From contig OX597826.1 in assembly GCA_951406725.2 (NCBI GenBank), positions 20,274,001-20,338,000 on the forward strand: a DNA stretch of 64,000 bases. The letters are read 5' to 3'. The DNA is from Octopus vulgaris (lineage: Eukaryota). A model generated the notes under the pieces. It ran no database searches and had not been told where the DNA came from. It saw nothing but the letters and a program-made list of their open reading frames with translations. This document shows, piece by piece, positions 63,228 through 64,000 of this stretch (the first letter of the stretch is position 1; every line of letters starts with the position of its first letter). The translations under genes were made by a program, and so were the position numbers.

Positions 63228-64000
63228 TATATATGTATAATCATTTAATGTTGGTTTTCCATGCCGAGATGGGTTGGGCAGTTAGACTGGAGCTGTTAAG
63301 GCCAGGGGCTGCACCAGACTCCACAGTCTGTCCTTGCATGGTTTATATGGCTGGATGCCCTTCCTAATGCCAACCACTCCACAGTATACTGGGTGCTTTT
63401 TACGTAGCAGCAGCACTGCTAACAATTCTACTGTGATGCCAGTGTGCGCACGTGTGTGTGTAACCTCAACACCACACAATATTTACATCCATCACAGTCA
63501 TACTATGAGCGATGTTCATTTCCAGTCTTCTGTGAAAAACATGTCTGGCCATTGAGAAATATCACCTTGAAGGGTTGGTGACAGGAGGGGCATCCACCCA
63601 TAGAAAACCAATCCCAACAACTTCCATCTGAGCCAAGCAAACATAGAAAAGTGGACATTAAATGATGAAATATATACACATATATATATATTCAATACAT
63701 TGCCTCAGATGTCATACACTTTTTCAATGAGGGTTATATAGTAGACTGAGTGTTTGAGTTTATCAGTTCCGTAAGGAAAGGTCAAGTCCACCTAGGCATA
63801 TGTTCTTTAAACAGGTACAAAGTCATAAATTTAGTGGAAGTGACAGACTCAGATTGTTCCCCAATATATTACAGGTACTTATTTTAGTGATAGTAGAAGG
63901 ATGGCAGTTAAAGTCAATTCCAGTGGGATTTAAATTAAGATTGTAAATACCACAAGGTATTTTGTCCAAGGCTCTCTTCCAGTTCTACTAATTCACCATC

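Overview
Eukaryotic, AT-rich and microsatellite-dense genomic DNA. The repeat families look like those of an octopod cephalopod (Octopus-like; inferred from repeat content only). Three intron-containing genes were reconstructed by hand from splice signals and reading-frame phase. (1) The last three coding exons of a CCDC24-like coiled-coil gene (+, 340-3072). (2) A complete 11-coding-exon TTC4/Cns1-type TPR co-chaperone gene (-, 17043-3162, 390 aa), convergent with the first gene, with the two stop codons only 89 nt apart. (3) A PAP2-family phospholipid phosphatase (PLPP/wunen-like; -, 46114-36389) with intact catalytic motifs, whose first coding exon I could not place. The most unusual signal is a 101-nt minor-spliceosome (U12-type) intron in TTC4 with a consensus ATATCCTT donor and TTCCTTGAC branch point but apparently non-canonical AT-AT termini. 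The rest is transposon-derived: tRNA-type SINEs (including MetaSINE-like), RTE LINE copies and their 3' tails, Helitrons, an IR/DR Tc1, DD37D (maT) and mariner remnants, a GC-rich hAT remnant containing a 143-bp palindrome, a solo LTR and piggyBac-like MITEs. Most entries in the ORF track are microsatellite or repeat artefacts. No prokaryotic-type system or true CRISPR array is present. Repeat boundaries are approximate unless termini are quoted.
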